Source: a virus
Virus record (IMG/VR): IMGVR_UViG_3300050821_009430
Coordinates: 1 to 64,000 of that record
DNA length: 64,000 nt
Reading direction: 5' to 3' (one strand)
Part shown: piece by piece, positions 7,706 through 17,584 of the stretch
Numbering within the stretch: position 1 is the stretch's first letter
Layout of the letters: every line of letters starts with the position of its first letter
Notes under the pieces: generated by a model
What the model was told of the DNA's origin: nothing
The model's input: the letters and a program-made list of their open reading frames with translations, nothing else
Databases searched by the model: none
Program-made: the position numbers and the translations under genes

Positions 7706-10348
7706 TTACGCAGCCGGGTTGGCCGCTGGTTTTGGTACTTCGGGTGGCTGCATGGCCTCTTGATGTAACTTCGCACCTTCAAAAGCCATGCGCATCTGTT
7801 CCATTTGTACTTCCATTTCTCGCATCTTCACTTCAAGCTGCTTGACCACAATGTCTGCCTGCGAATTCTGCTGTTCGGTAGCACTGTCAAGCTGTGCGCG
7901 TTGTATCTCAGCCTGATCCTGACGGGCCTCGGCCGTCGATTGCAATTGAGTTGATTGAATATCGGCCTGAGCCTTGGCGGTTTCAGTTTGTGCCTTGATC
8001 TTGCTTACTGCAATATCCGATTGGCCCTTGGCCGCAGCAACCTGTGCCTTGATCTGTTCCGGATTAGGTTGCTGTTGCTGCTGTGCTACTCGCTTCTTGG
8101 CTTCAACCACCATTTCATCGCATAACTGCTCTATTGCGGTCTCAAGATCACGGCCCACCCTAAAAGAACGTGCGCCAAATTGCAGAAGCTTACCCAATAG
8201 CGGGATGGCTTCAGGCACTTGAGCACCCAATTGGGCGGCTTCGCCAATATATTTCGTTACCGAAGCCACAAATTCAATGCGATCCTGCTTATCTTGGGCT
8301 GCATCTGGAAAAATAGTGCTGTCAACTTCAATATCTACCCTGAAACCACGCAATCTTTCATCACGCAACAGCCCAATAGCCTTGGAAATGCGCTGCATGG
8401 CCTGCATTTTGGCCAAAAGTTCAGGCGGCATAGGCGGTTGTGGGGGTAAAATTGTGCCATTGAGGGCCAGTGGCACCGAAGGTGGTGCCTGACCCGGCAC
8501 ACTAGGCTGCATTTGGCCCCTGAAGGGCACTACATTTGAGGGCTGTTGAGGTGCCCCCATTGACATAGGCCCAGCCGGTGGCCCGTTTTGGGGCATTGCC
8601 GGGGCAGGTAATGCAGGACGCGGTGGCACGGCCCCAGCGGCCTGCGGCGGTGCACTAGGGGCAGCACCGGGGGGTGCTTGGGCAGGTGTTGGCGGTGAAA
8701 GCTCGCTCAACGGTGGCATATCGTCGGGGCCGAGCCCCTCTTCGTAAAGTGCACCTGAAACTTCAATAAGGCTTTGTGGCGAAAAGTGCTGGCACATAAT
8801 ATCTGCCATTATTCTGACCGTATCGCGTGCAAGCCGAGCCACTTCATTCTGCCGTTGAGTAAGACGGGTACCTGTTGAATTTGATTTGATACGGACGCCA
8901 CCCAATGTCTCGCGAGCATCAGAGGTGCCACGCATGATGTCGTTTATTCCAGTGAGCCGGTCCATATCCTCAAGCAATTTGCTCTTGACCATGACCAGCT
9001 CGTTAATAAGCCCAACAATATCCTTTATTGGCATGAAACTGATATTGCCGGCCACGCCGCCTTCTTCGGCAAACGCCGCCCAATCGTCCACGGGGATCAG
9101 TTCGTTCTCAACCGATTCCTGGAACATACGCTGAATATCTTTAGCGGCAGCATTATAAACGCCAGTTATTTTGGCCGCCTTGGTGAGCATCGCAATACGT
9201 TGCGTCAGCTCGTCAATCTGAATGGCCTGATCTTCGTATTGAATATAATCAGGAACAGGGATCAGAGTATTATTGGTTGGATTGGCATAAATGGGTTTGG
9301 GGGTAGGGTAAAAATTATCAAGGTTGAGCGGATCGTCTTTACGGTCACAAAGATAGTCATAGCCCATGGCAACCCAATACACGGTTTGATCGTCACGGTT
9401 CCAAATCTCAAAGACTTCACCCTTATCCTGATCGGCTGCCTGCATCGTGGTGTTTTGCGTCCTGTCACCGCGCTTATCCTTCTCAAGCGCAATGGCTTTG
9501 CCAATCTTTTTTCCGAAGCGCTTAATCAATTGATCGCGTGACAAATAGACACGCTTGCCTACCGCCGTGACCTCCTTCCAAATTCTAGCCCTTACCGGAA
9601 AGGTAAAGAAATCATTCCAGGGGATATAATCAACCGGCGTCGACTCCCGCACTACCCGATCGTCCGTATCTTCAAGTTTTTGGGTCTCAAGTTCCTTTTC
9701 TGGGTCCTCTTCAGCTTCTTCACTACCATCTTCGTCATTCAGTTGGGGGCGCTTGCGTCCTTTGGGGGTAAGCAGTTCCCTATCGTCTGGCCCAGCATCG
9801 TCATCATCACTTGAACCATAATCCCTATCTGAACCTGATGGTATATTGCCCTGCGAGTCACGCATGTCGGTTTGCGATTCAACCGGCAATGAAATACCTT
9901 CGGCAATCTCAGGCTCATAACGAACCCAGATAACGCCCTGACCGGGCAGCAAATAATCGCTGACCGATTGGCTCATGGATTCATTGAAGCCACAGATTTC
10001 AATTTCATTACGAAGAGCACGTTCAAGAATAGATGCAGCGCCACGCGCCACCGGGTCCTTATCTTTGAACCTCCGTTCGGCAATAGGCATCGGCTCACGG
10101 CCGTAAAGGGCCGGTTTTAGGATCTCCACATTGGACCACAAGGAACCATAGCGCCGTGCCCCATCCTCATTACCCAGACGGGTTCGCTCGTCACGGTAGC
10201 GCTTAACAATCTGTTCGCCGCGCTTGTAATAGCGCTTCATTTCGGAATTATCTAAAACCGTGGCAATTTGATCCAGCCAATGCTTGGCTAAACGACGGCT
10301 TTCATCACCGCCCTCAGGCCCCGCCAGTTCGTCAAGAGGAATTGCCAT
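7706..10348 (-). CDS. Portal protein
   Basis: 880 aa directly after TerL. LWSNVEILKPALY, EVFEIWN, FYPTPKP, LIPVPDY, TGINDIMRG, FRVDIEVDST motifs and a C-terminal Q/A coiled coil. Confidence 0.85.
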   Translation of the reverse strand: MAIPLDELAGPEGGDESRRLAKHWLDQIATVLDNSEMKRYYKRGEQIVKRYRDERTRLGNEDGARRYGSLWSNVEILKPALYGREPMPIAERRFKDKDPVARGAASILERALRNEIEICGFNESMSQSVSDYLLPGQGVIWVRYEPEIAEGISLPVESQTDMRDSQGNIPSGSDRDYGSSDDDDAGPDDRELLTPKGRKRPQLNDEDGSEEAEEDPEKELETQKLEDTDDRVVRESTPVDYIPWNDFFTFPVRARIWKEVTAVGKRVYLSRDQLIKRFGKKIGKAIALEKDKRGDRTQNTTMQAADQDKGEVFEIWNRDDQTVYWVAMGYDYLCDRKDDPLNLDNFYPTPKPIYANPTNNTLIPVPDYIQYEDQAIQIDELTQRIAMLTKAAKITGVYNAAAKDIQRMFQESVENELIPVDDWAAFAEEGGVAGNISFMPIKDIVGLINELVMVKSKLLEDMDRLTGINDIMRGTSDARETLGGVRIKSNSTGTRLTQRQNEVARLARDTVRIMADIMCQHFSPQSLIEVSGALYEEGLGPDDMPPLSELSPPTPAQAPPGAAPSAPPQAAGAVPPRPALPAPAMPQNGPPAGPMSMGAPQQPSNVVPFRGQMQPSVPGQAPPSVPLALNGTILPPQPPMPPELLAKMQAMQRISKAIGLLRDERLRGFRVDIEVDSTIFPDAAQDKQDRIEFVASVTKYIGEAAQLGAQVPEAIPLLGKLLQFGARSFRVGRDLETAIEQLCDEMVVEAKKRVAQQQQQPNPEQIKAQVAAAKGQSDIAVSKIKAQTETAKAQADIQSTQLQSTAEARQDQAEIQRAQLDSATEQQNSQADIVVKQLEVKMREMEVQMEQMRMAFEGAKLHQEAMQPPEVPKPAANPAA

Positions 10349-10356
10349 CTAAACCC

Positions 10357-11979
10357 TCAGTGAATTCGCACCGAACCAATTGGATGCTTTTGCTCGTTGG
10401 CTTCAAACATATCAGTCAGCGTCACCGTACAATCCACTGGATTGGTTGAGAACACTTTGGGTTTCTCAGCAGCAGGCCCCGGCTTGCGACCTGAAATCAT
10501 TTTATCAAGCACCTGACCAATGAGACCCAAAGCGTCAACAATATCGTCATTGCGGCCTGCCGGGAACGTCATCAATTCTCTCTTGAACTCTGAGAACCAT
10601 GACAAATGAAACGGACAGTAGAGCCCGTCCATCGCCATGCGGCCCCTGATTGATTGAGCACGAATTGACTTATCGCCTTTCGTTGGAAATTTAGCACGAG
10701 CAATATAAAGCTTGCGCTCACGCAAACGCTTTTCAAGAAATGGGCCGACACCACTTTTTATCTGACCTGTTTCTTCGGCCCACCCAAGGGGCCGCCATTT
10801 CTCAACCAAATTACAAAACGCTTCGATCCACTTATCAGAAGATGCTTGCTGACGCCAGAGGTCGAGCAAGAATATCCTGCTTGCATGATCCACCCCCACT
10901 ACAAGGTGGACTGTGTAGTCACCTTTGCCATCGCTGACAGCGTAATCGCTGGCCCCGTAAATGTGTAGGGCATCGCGTGCCGGGGCTTTGTTATTAGGCC
11001 ACGGCTTTAGCCAGTCACCCTGGAAGAAATCGCCTGTATCCGGTGCGGGCCGCTGCTGATAAAGCGAGGACCAAGTACGTGGCTGGCGTTTGAATGTTTC
11101 AAAATGATCTTCAGGGAACCATTCAGGCCAAATACGTTCGCCCACTTTACGGCCTATGGGATCATCAGCCCGTTCACAAATTGCTGGCAGGCAAACTACA
11201 TACCAATCATTACCATCCCGGCATTTCACCCAACCAGATTCACCATTATAATCTTCTGGCAAAATCCGACCGGCTGGATCGTCCTCATGCCATCTAGTAA
11301 CGATACCAATTTCGAAAGCATTCGGCTTTTTGCGGGTCAGCAAGTCGTCGGTATATGCATCCCAAGTTTTATTTCTAACCAATTCAGAATCAGCTTGCTC
11401 ACGACCCTTAATCAGATCATCCCAAATAATACCATCAGCACGATTACCAGTAATACCTGTTAGAATACCGGCCGCCATCCATTCACTGCCATTAGTGAGT
11501 GACCATTCGTCCACTGCCGCAGATTCTTCAGATAAAGTTGAATCGAAAATACGCCTGAAATTGGTTTGTTGCACAATTGAACGAGCGCGCCTGCCAAACT
11601 TCTTAGGAAGCTCACTGCCATAACTGGCCACAATTATTGAGCGTTTTAGGAAGCGCCCAAGATAATGGGTTGGGAATACAACACTCGTATACGTGCTTTT
11701 AGCACTACCTGGGGGCATCAGCCCCATAAGGCGGGGGATTTGTCCATCTTCTACTTTTTGGAGACAATCAAGCCATAAAAGGTGGTGAGCACCAAAATGC
11801 TTAGGGGCCGGTACAAACTGTTCGCGTTCCTGGTCGTCCTCAATTGAGCCGTTCGTCGGGACCGTGGGGATTTCTATCGAGCTTGCGTAAGTCAGCAGGC
11901 TGTTCCTTGCCCTTAACCGTTTTTGCCGTTCGTCCTGCAATAGCTTCAACTCGTCTGAGAGCCTCTTCAACTCTCTCAT
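10357..11979 (-). CDS. terL: Terminase large subunit
   Basis: Walker A MPPGSAKST, GITGNRAD, Walker B IIWDD, TRWHEDD, SLYQQRP; nuclease DYA...DYT and FPAGRNDDIVDA. The start is uncertain (11979 or 12027). Confidence 0.93.
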   Translation of the reverse strand: MRELKRLSDELKLLQDERQKRLRARNSLLTYASSIEIPTVPTNGSIEDDQEREQFVPAPKHFGAHHLLWLDCLQKVEDGQIPRLMGLMPPGSAKSTYTSVVFPTHYLGRFLKRSIIVASYGSELPKKFGRRARSIVQQTNFRRIFDSTLSEESAAVDEWSLTNGSEWMAAGILTGITGNRADGIIWDDLIKGREQADSELVRNKTWDAYTDDLLTRKKPNAFEIGIVTRWHEDDPAGRILPEDYNGESGWVKCRDGNDWYVVCLPAICERADDPIGRKVGERIWPEWFPEDHFETFKRQPRTWSSLYQQRPAPDTGDFFQGDWLKPWPNNKAPARDALHIYGASDYAVSDGKGDYTVHLVVGVDHASRIFLLDLWRQQASSDKWIEAFCNLVEKWRPLGWAEETGQIKSGVGPFLEKRLRERKLYIARAKFPTKGDKSIRAQSIRGRMAMDGLYCPFHLSWFSEFKRELMTFPAGRNDDIVDALGLIGQVLDKMISGRKPGPAAEKPKVFSTNPVDCTVTLTDMFEANEQKHPIGSVRIH

Positions 11980-12463
11980 TGAGTTCGGTGCTGCTGACTT
12001 CGGTGAGTTTGCCATTGGCATCAACATTCAGGTTAGTATTGGTCTGGTTTGGCTTGCCATAGGCCCGATTAAAGATAACCTCTGCCGCTGCAACCGCGAT
12101 ATTATCCGGCGCGTTTGGATCATTGACGATTTCAGCCATCCGCTTCATGGCCTGCGTAGCGTGCGTCCGCGCCATGTTTTGAATTTCACGGGCCTCACGA
12201 GCCACCGTCGTTCGTAATCTTATCCGTGGGCTTCTAAGCTTGGCTTTTTCCTTACTTTTTGACATTTTTCTTTTTCCTACAGCTCTAAGTTCTGCGTGCC
12301 TTTTCCAAGTCTTCCTTAACCCCGCAAAACGCCTGCTGTTGGCTTCCGGTGTTAAATTCTCGGCAAGAGCATAGCTGTTACCTTCCCCAAAAAATCCAGC
12401 CCCCTGAACCAAATGAAGCCGTACAGGGCCTTTATAGGGCATCGAAAGACGACGCTTAGCCAT
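11840..12463 (-). CDS. Probable terminase small subunit
   Basis: Immediately upstream of and overlapping TerL; AMKRMAEIV...AAAEVIFNRAYGKP helical motif. The start may be later (12265). Confidence 0.6.
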   Translation of the reverse strand: MAKRRLSMPYKGPVRLHLVQGAGFFGEGNSYALAENLTPEANSRRFAGLRKTWKRHAELRAVGKRKMSKSKEKAKLRSPRIRLRTTVAREAREIQNMARTHATQAMKRMAEIVNDPNAPDNIAVAAAEVIFNRAYGKPNQTNTNLNVDANGKLTEVSSTELNERVEEALRRVEAIAGRTAKTVKGKEQPADLRKLDRNPHGPDERLN

Positions 12464-12474
12464 TGTAATTTTTC

Positions 12475-12774
12475 TTACGGACGATACACATTTGGTACTT
12501 TGTATTTGCCCTTGCCAAGTTGGTGAGCATCCGGGGCACCTGACAATCTCAAATGCCCTTTGTGGGCGTGTGGGGGGTGGCCATAGCCATGGGCACCTTT
12601 GACATGCCCCGGCTTGAACGGCTTCTGTAACGTCCCAAGCCCGTGTGCCATACCGGGCTTCTCAGGCACCGTTGGTGAAGCATAGCCACCAATTGCCGGC
12701 CCTTGGATTGGGTTCTTGCCCGCAATTTCACTCTCTGGAACAACAGGCGTTTGGCTGTAGAACTTCTTCGGCAT
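12475..12774 (-). CDS. His/Gly/Lys/Pro-rich small protein
   Basis: Translationally coupled (TAATG); low complexity. Confidence 0.6.
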   Translation of the reverse strand: MPKKFYSQTPVVPESEIAGKNPIQGPAIGGYASPTVPEKPGMAHGLGTLQKPFKPGHVKGAHGYGHPPHAHKGHLRLSGAPDAHQLGKGKYKVPNVYRP

Positions 12775-13448
12775 TAACGCTTGCCCACCTGATGAGCACC
12801 TTTGTGGCCAGAGACCCGGTGAAATCCACTCTTATGCGTCCCGGTAAAGCCGTGTGCACCATCGGTTTTGGGCATCTTGAAAGTATGTGCCGGCCCCATG
12901 CCATGCCCAATATGATGTTCTGCTATATCTTTCCTGCCCGCACCAATGCTCTTACCATGCGGTTGCTTATGATTTTCGTCAGTGTTGGTCTTACCGACAA
13001 GTTCGGTGCCACGCTTCTCACTGCCAACATTGGCCACCGGCTCTTCTGAATGATGTTCCTTGCCGCTGGCTTCACTGCCCCAATGTTCCCAAAGCTCACC
13101 CTGATAATCGTTGTGCCCATGAGGCTTATCAATAGGCGGTTCGCCAGTTGATTTGCCATGAGGCTGCTTCGCCTGAGCGCCCCCATCGTATTCGCCATAC
13201 GGTGGCTTACCCTCGCGCTTGAAGCCCGGATTACCGGGGAAGTGCCCGCTCCGGTCATACCCATCTTCTTTTTTTGGTTTTGACTGTTTGCTTTCTGAAA
13301 GACCAATAGCAATTGCTTGCTTGGGATTTTTGACCACGGGGCCTTTCTTTGAACCGGAATGAAGGTCACCTTCAGAGAATTTATGCATCTCAGTGTGCAT
13401 GACTTTTCTCTTCTCAGCTTTGGTCCGTGTCGGTCCGATTGGCATCAC
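12774..13448 (-). CDS. His/Gly/Lys-rich protein with N-terminal DUF6496-like motif
   Basis: MHKFSEGDLHSGSKKGPVVKNPKQAIAIGLSE motif; internal KQPHGKS repeats; AGGAG RBS. Confidence 0.7.
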   Translation of the reverse strand: MMPIGPTRTKAEKRKVMHTEMHKFSEGDLHSGSKKGPVVKNPKQAIAIGLSESKQSKPKKEDGYDRSGHFPGNPGFKREGKPPYGEYDGGAQAKQPHGKSTGEPPIDKPHGHNDYQGELWEHWGSEASGKEHHSEEPVANVGSEKRGTELVGKTNTDENHKQPHGKSIGAGRKDIAEHHIGHGMGPAHTFKMPKTDGAHGFTGTHKSGFHRVSGHKGAHQVGKR

Positions 13449-13454
13449 ATTCTC

Positions 13455-13838
13455 CTAGTTGGAAAGACCTTCAACAATTCGCAGCGTGGTAGTGCTGGTA
13501 CTGGTTATGGCCGCCACATACCAACCTGCTGCATTAGGCGTGGGATTTGGCACCGTCAAGGTTACCGAAGTATTTCCCGGCAACGAATAATTACTGGTGG
13601 TAGCGGCAGTATTTGAAGCACTGCCAATGTTATAGAAAAGTTCCTGTGACGATATATTGTAAAGAATAACACTGGGGCCGCATCCAGAAAGCTGAACATT
13701 CCCCGAAGACCCGCTAACTGACAAAGTATGTGCGGAACAAGGAGCCATCCCAGTAGGTGGCTGCTGTGCCCAAGAAACCTGGATACATGAAAGAGCAGCA
13801 ACTAGAAGGGCTAAAATAAGTCTGCCCGTCATATTCAT
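13455..13838 (-). CDS. Signal-peptide-bearing Ser/Thr-rich beta protein
   Basis: MTGRLILALLVAALSCIQVSWA signal-like N-terminus; YVAAITSTSTTTLRI C-terminus. Confidence 0.6.
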   Translation of the reverse strand: MNMTGRLILALLVAALSCIQVSWAQQPPTGMAPCSAHTLSVSGSSGNVQLSGCGPSVILYNISSQELFYNIGSASNTAATTSNYSLPGNTSVTLTVPNPTPNAAGWYVAAITSTSTTTLRIVEGLSN

Positions 13839-14080
13839 GATGTTGCCTTTTCGTCTTTTACTTTGACTTCCGTAGCGTAGAGGCCTTTTGGGCCTTTGAC
13901 AGCGGCAAAACTTACCTGAAGGCCATCGTTGAGCAGTACAATGCCTGACTTTCTTAATTCTTTTATGTGAACAAAAATATCCTGTTTTCCATCCGGCAAT
14001 GTGATAAAACCATAGCCTTTTTGCGGATCAAACCATTTCACACGGCCTTCTGAGGGAAGAACTTCACCTTCCATAGACAT
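13835..14080 (-). CDS. Cold-shock domain protein (CspA family)
   Basis: GRVKWFDPQKGYGFI (RNP1), DIFVH (RNP2), GPKG..A..V. Confidence 0.95.
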   Translation of the reverse strand: MSMEGEVLPSEGRVKWFDPQKGYGFITLPDGKQDIFVHIKELRKSGIVLLNDGLQVSFAAVKGPKGLYATEVKVKDEKATS

Positions 14081-14126
14081 TGTTCAACCTCACCATCACG
14101 CTTTGTCGCTGAAATAAACAACACGA

Positions 14127-14155
14127 TGGCTAGTTTATTCCGTGTGTTCTGTCAA
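14127..14155 (-). promoter_or_regulatory. sigma70-type promoter upstream of the cold-shock gene
   Basis: TTGACA-17 nt-TAGCCA on the minus strand in the intergenic gap. Confidence 0.55.
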
Positions 14156-14167
14156 GATGGACGAAGA

Positions 14168-14890
14168 TCAATCAGCCAGCCGATCAAGTATTATGGCCCT
14201 ACGTCCCTGCTCCAATTCGTGAAGCTTATGGCCTGAGCTAATATAAGAATTTGATCGCATCAATTGTAAACGCTCATTCAGCCGTTCTGGTTCCAAAACT
14301 ACCGAGAAATTAAAGCTATCGTGAAACATGAAATGCTTGGACCACACCGCTGGACGTGCACATTCGAATGAAAACCGTGAGGCAAGCTTCTCAGGAGCCC
14401 ATTTGAAGCCATTTGCTTCCAACTTAGGCCGGTAAACGCGGCCTAGTACTTCGTCCTCCTTAGCTTTAACTGGAAAAACGTCACGATTCTTAGATAAAAA
14501 CTGCATAAGCTTGTTGGAACGCACACCAAGACCGTTTCCTACATTAAAACCATCGTCATGCCACCATGGAGCACCGATAAAATCATATTTCAGATACTCG
14601 TCCGACCACTGCCCCGCATCAATCACCCACCCATCCCATTCAATACTCAAAAACCAGGGAGTTTTTACGAACTTATGCTGTTCATGCCAAAAGAAAGTAC
14701 AGTGATCCAACAATGTAGACCATTTCGGCACCTTTACCCATTCAGTTTTCGGTATATTCAGGTCAATATCCGAAAAAATAAGTGTATCTTCAGGTTCAAT
14801 AAGTGCCAAAGTGTCAAGAACAGCTAGACGAGCCAATTCAGGGCACAGAACATCACGCAAAACCAGTGTCACGCCCGGCAGTTTTAGCAT
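14168..14890 (-). CDS. DUF5672-like protein (glycosyltransferase-associated)
   Basis: EWDGWVID...WSDEYLKYDFIGAPW...VGNG...RS...EDE...FSFE motif set; TGATG coupling. Confidence 0.7.
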   Translation of the reverse strand: MLKLPGVTLVLRDVLCPELARLAVLDTLALIEPEDTLIFSDIDLNIPKTEWVKVPKWSTLLDHCTFFWHEQHKFVKTPWFLSIEWDGWVIDAGQWSDEYLKYDFIGAPWWHDDGFNVGNGLGVRSNKLMQFLSKNRDVFPVKAKEDEVLGRVYRPKLEANGFKWAPEKLASRFSFECARPAVWSKHFMFHDSFNFSVVLEPERLNERLQLMRSNSYISSGHKLHELEQGRRAIILDRLAD

Positions 14891-15756
14891 CAACCAGCAC
14901 GCCAAATTGAGAACATGTTCCTGTTTATTTTATTGTGAGAATGTTCTGAATTGAAAGCATCTTCAAACTCTCTACACGGCTGCATTGGGGGAAAATGAGT
15001 AGCAGGGTTTGTCAGTTCGGCCAGAAAAAACCCATCAGACGAACCAATAACACGCTGCCGGCCCGCATCGGCTAGAACGGCGGGCCACCGATGATCCCAA
15101 GAATCACCGCCGAGTGATTCTAAAAATACAATATCTGCTTCGGTGAAACGTGCCAAGTAAGGCGTTGGCAAAAGATGGCACACGGCATAATGCCCTGGAA
15201 CTGGAAGCTTCCTTAAAGTGTGGCCAGATTCAGGGGTATTAAGCATAGACTGGTCAGGATCACATTCACGCCAAACCCTATGCAATACAGAAAGTGCCAA
15301 ACTGACCAATTGGGGATTGGCTAAAACACCTTCAGGCAAAGCTTGTAGAAAAGGTTCATGCTCTACCCGCACATGCGGGGCCAGCACACACAAATCAGCC
15401 CTGTTACCGGCCATGGCAATCAGGTTAGGCAATGAGCCATCCCCCCAAAACGAGTCAGGTGGGGCCATTATCATCGTGGCTTTGGCTGAAAAACATTTCT
15501 TTGCTTCAGCAATCAGACAACGGTGCAATACATCAGAAACCCCACCGCTCAAATCAATGAAATTAATCTCAAGGCTGGCATGCAGTGACATAATCGATCT
15601 AATTTGTTCTTCATTTTCTCTCAATGTATAGATAGACCACAGCACCCCTGCCGCAACACTGGCATTAAGTGGCTGACGCAGCAAAGAACGCAATGTTATA
15701 TTGTTAAATAGCTTGCAGAAAGCATCCCCGTAAACAACAGAGAAAATTCTTATCAT
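14890..15756 (-). CDS. Hypothetical protein, possibly a GT-A-like glycosyltransferase
   Basis: N-terminal IFSVVYGDAF strand and APPDSFWGDGSL (DxD-position-like); within the glycosylation cluster. Confidence 0.45.
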   Translation of the reverse strand: MIRIFSVVYGDAFCKLFNNITLRSLLRQPLNASVAAGVLWSIYTLRENEEQIRSIMSLHASLEINFIDLSGGVSDVLHRCLIAEAKKCFSAKATMIMAPPDSFWGDGSLPNLIAMAGNRADLCVLAPHVRVEHEPFLQALPEGVLANPQLVSLALSVLHRVWRECDPDQSMLNTPESGHTLRKLPVPGHYAVCHLLPTPYLARFTEADIVFLESLGGDSWDHRWPAVLADAGRQRVIGSSDGFFLAELTNPATHFPPMQPCREFEDAFNSEHSHNKINRNMFSIWRAG

Positions 15757-16929
15757 CTATAACCCCAGATCCTTCAAAACCTGAGCGCCCCGGTGTTCCC
15801 ACAAATGCTTCGCAGCAATAATCTTGCGGCTCTCTGCAATTGCAAATTCACGTTCCTGCATATTTTTCAACCAAAATTTGGCATGATCAACAAAGTTATC
15901 TGAAGTAAACTCACCAAAATGAACATTTGGCTCAAAATATTCGTTCATCAAGCCTATTTTCGGTTCACCGCTAACAACGTGGGTCATGATGAAACCGCCA
16001 ACAGCCATAGCCTCAAGCACCCTTGAGTGTGGGCCAAAACCATGAGAATTCGTGTGCAGGTTTATCTTGGACGAAGAATATACCCCATAAAGTTCTTTCT
16101 CGTCCTTCGTATGAGGGGCAGATACCTTAGCAAATTCAGGATATTTATTCCAATTATTACCTTGAAATAGACAATTATCTGAAACTGTCAAAACCATCGA
16201 TGCAAGAAGAAACCTGTCGGCCCGGCGTGGGTGGTCAATGATCCAGTAACCCACCGCCTCAACTATTCTACGCCACGCCTCCTCAACCTTATCAATTTCA
16301 TGATCTCTGCTTAAGGTCTCAATAAAAGCCGCCCGCAGCGGCTCCATAAATAGGTTACCCCGCAAGCTGCCACTCAGCGGCTTGTATATCTTATCCATTT
16401 CGTTATGACAAAAAATCCCAAATGACACAGGCCCGGGCCAACGAATATCAGGAAACTCAAATTGTTCTAACGGTGGTGGGATGTACCCACAAATTGAAAT
16501 ATCGATACTTGGTTGAGGAATAGCATAAGTCAAAAGTTCTTTATCAACCCCCGTCAAAAGTACACCATCCACCCATTTGGCTGGCAGCCCCAGAGCATCA
16601 GAATCGGCCATGGCATAGATCAGATCATTCTTACCCTTGCGCTCACCGTAATAGGGCGTAGTGCCAGGGCGGAAATCCTGTACCCAGGCAATGTGCAGAA
16701 CACCCGCCGGGAGCCAACCGGGGCGCGATCTGTTTATGTCAAAAACAATATCGTGTTGTCGTAAATTTCCAATTGTGTATTCCATAGGGGGCAGCAACGT
16801 GACTTGGTGCCCGGCCCCGGCAATAGCCCCGGACAAACGGCGCAGCATGCGCCAATCATAGGGATTGTCTTCGGCAGGGGTAAAAACAAAACGCATTGCA
16901 CTATAATCGATTCCTTGCGGTGGCATCAA
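15757..16929 (-). CDS. GT-B glycosyltransferase (CgeB/GT1_2-like)
   Basis: C-terminal YSSSKINLH...HSRVLEAMAVGGF...YFEP...HLWEHR signature. Confidence 0.8.
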   Translation of the reverse strand: MMPPQGIDYSAMRFVFTPAEDNPYDWRMLRRLSGAIAGAGHQVTLLPPMEYTIGNLRQHDIVFDINRSRPGWLPAGVLHIAWVQDFRPGTTPYYGERKGKNDLIYAMADSDALGLPAKWVDGVLLTGVDKELLTYAIPQPSIDISICGYIPPPLEQFEFPDIRWPGPVSFGIFCHNEMDKIYKPLSGSLRGNLFMEPLRAAFIETLSRDHEIDKVEEAWRRIVEAVGYWIIDHPRRADRFLLASMVLTVSDNCLFQGNNWNKYPEFAKVSAPHTKDEKELYGVYSSSKINLHTNSHGFGPHSRVLEAMAVGGFIMTHVVSGEPKIGLMNEYFEPNVHFGEFTSDNFVDHAKFWLKNMQEREFAIAESRKIIAAKHLWEHRGAQVLKDLGL

Positions 16930-17263
16930 AGCCTTTTACGGCATTGAATTGATCCGTGTGCACCGTAATTGACGTAGGGTCGCCCCGTAATGCCTCAAGC
17001 ACCGCCCAATCGTCTGTGCGTTGCAGCAGCGGCATATCAGGGTCGCCGGCCCCTTCTTCGTCTCTGTACCCCTCAAACATTTCTACAAAACCAAGCACAG
17101 TTTGAACATAAGCCGGGTCCATACCCAGCTTCTTTGCTTCCTCTGCATAGGCCCTGAGCGCAGCCGGTGCAGCCGGGTCACGCGCACCCAATACAAAATG
17201 TGGCCATTTCGGAACTGTTGCATCCCTGCGAACAACAAGATACTTGCTGGACAACTGAGCCAT
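16901..17263 (-). CDS. Conserved phage hypothetical protein
   Basis: KYLVVRRD...FVLGARDPAAPAALRAYA motif; AAGGA RBS. Confidence 0.6.
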   Translation of the reverse strand: MAQLSSKYLVVRRDATVPKWPHFVLGARDPAAPAALRAYAEEAKKLGMDPAYVQTVLGFVEMFEGYRDEEGAGDPDMPLLQRTDDWAVLEALRGDPTSITVHTDQFNAVKGFDATARNRL

Positions 17264-17264
17264 T

Positions 17265-17579
17265 TTACTTTCCTTTTTTCAGTGCGGTTTTTGCTCGATT
17301 ATAAAACAGAGACTTTTTGTGCCGAAGAATATGTGAAGCATAGGCCCGTAGGTGTGCCTCTGACAGCACAATTTCAGATGATTGGCCACGCCGGGGCGCT
17401 GACATGCTCTTGACGGCCCGCACAAGTGACTGAGGGAACCACCAACTTTCGTTTGTTTCAAAAATCCAGCAGTGGAACTCTGACATGGTATCAATTGAAT
17501 CTGATACCCACATAAGATCGGCTTCCGCTTCACCAAGCGGCGTCAGCAATATTTTTTCAATGTGGACTATTTCAGGCAC
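17265..17579 (-). CDS. Hypothetical protein
   Basis: Fits operon spacing; TPLGE motif. Confidence 0.5.
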   Translation of the reverse strand: MPEIVHIEKILLTPLGEAEADLMWVSDSIDTMSEFHCWIFETNESWWFPQSLVRAVKSMSAPRRGQSSEIVLSEAHLRAYASHILRHKKSLFYNRAKTALKKGK

Positions 17580-17584
17580 AGCAC

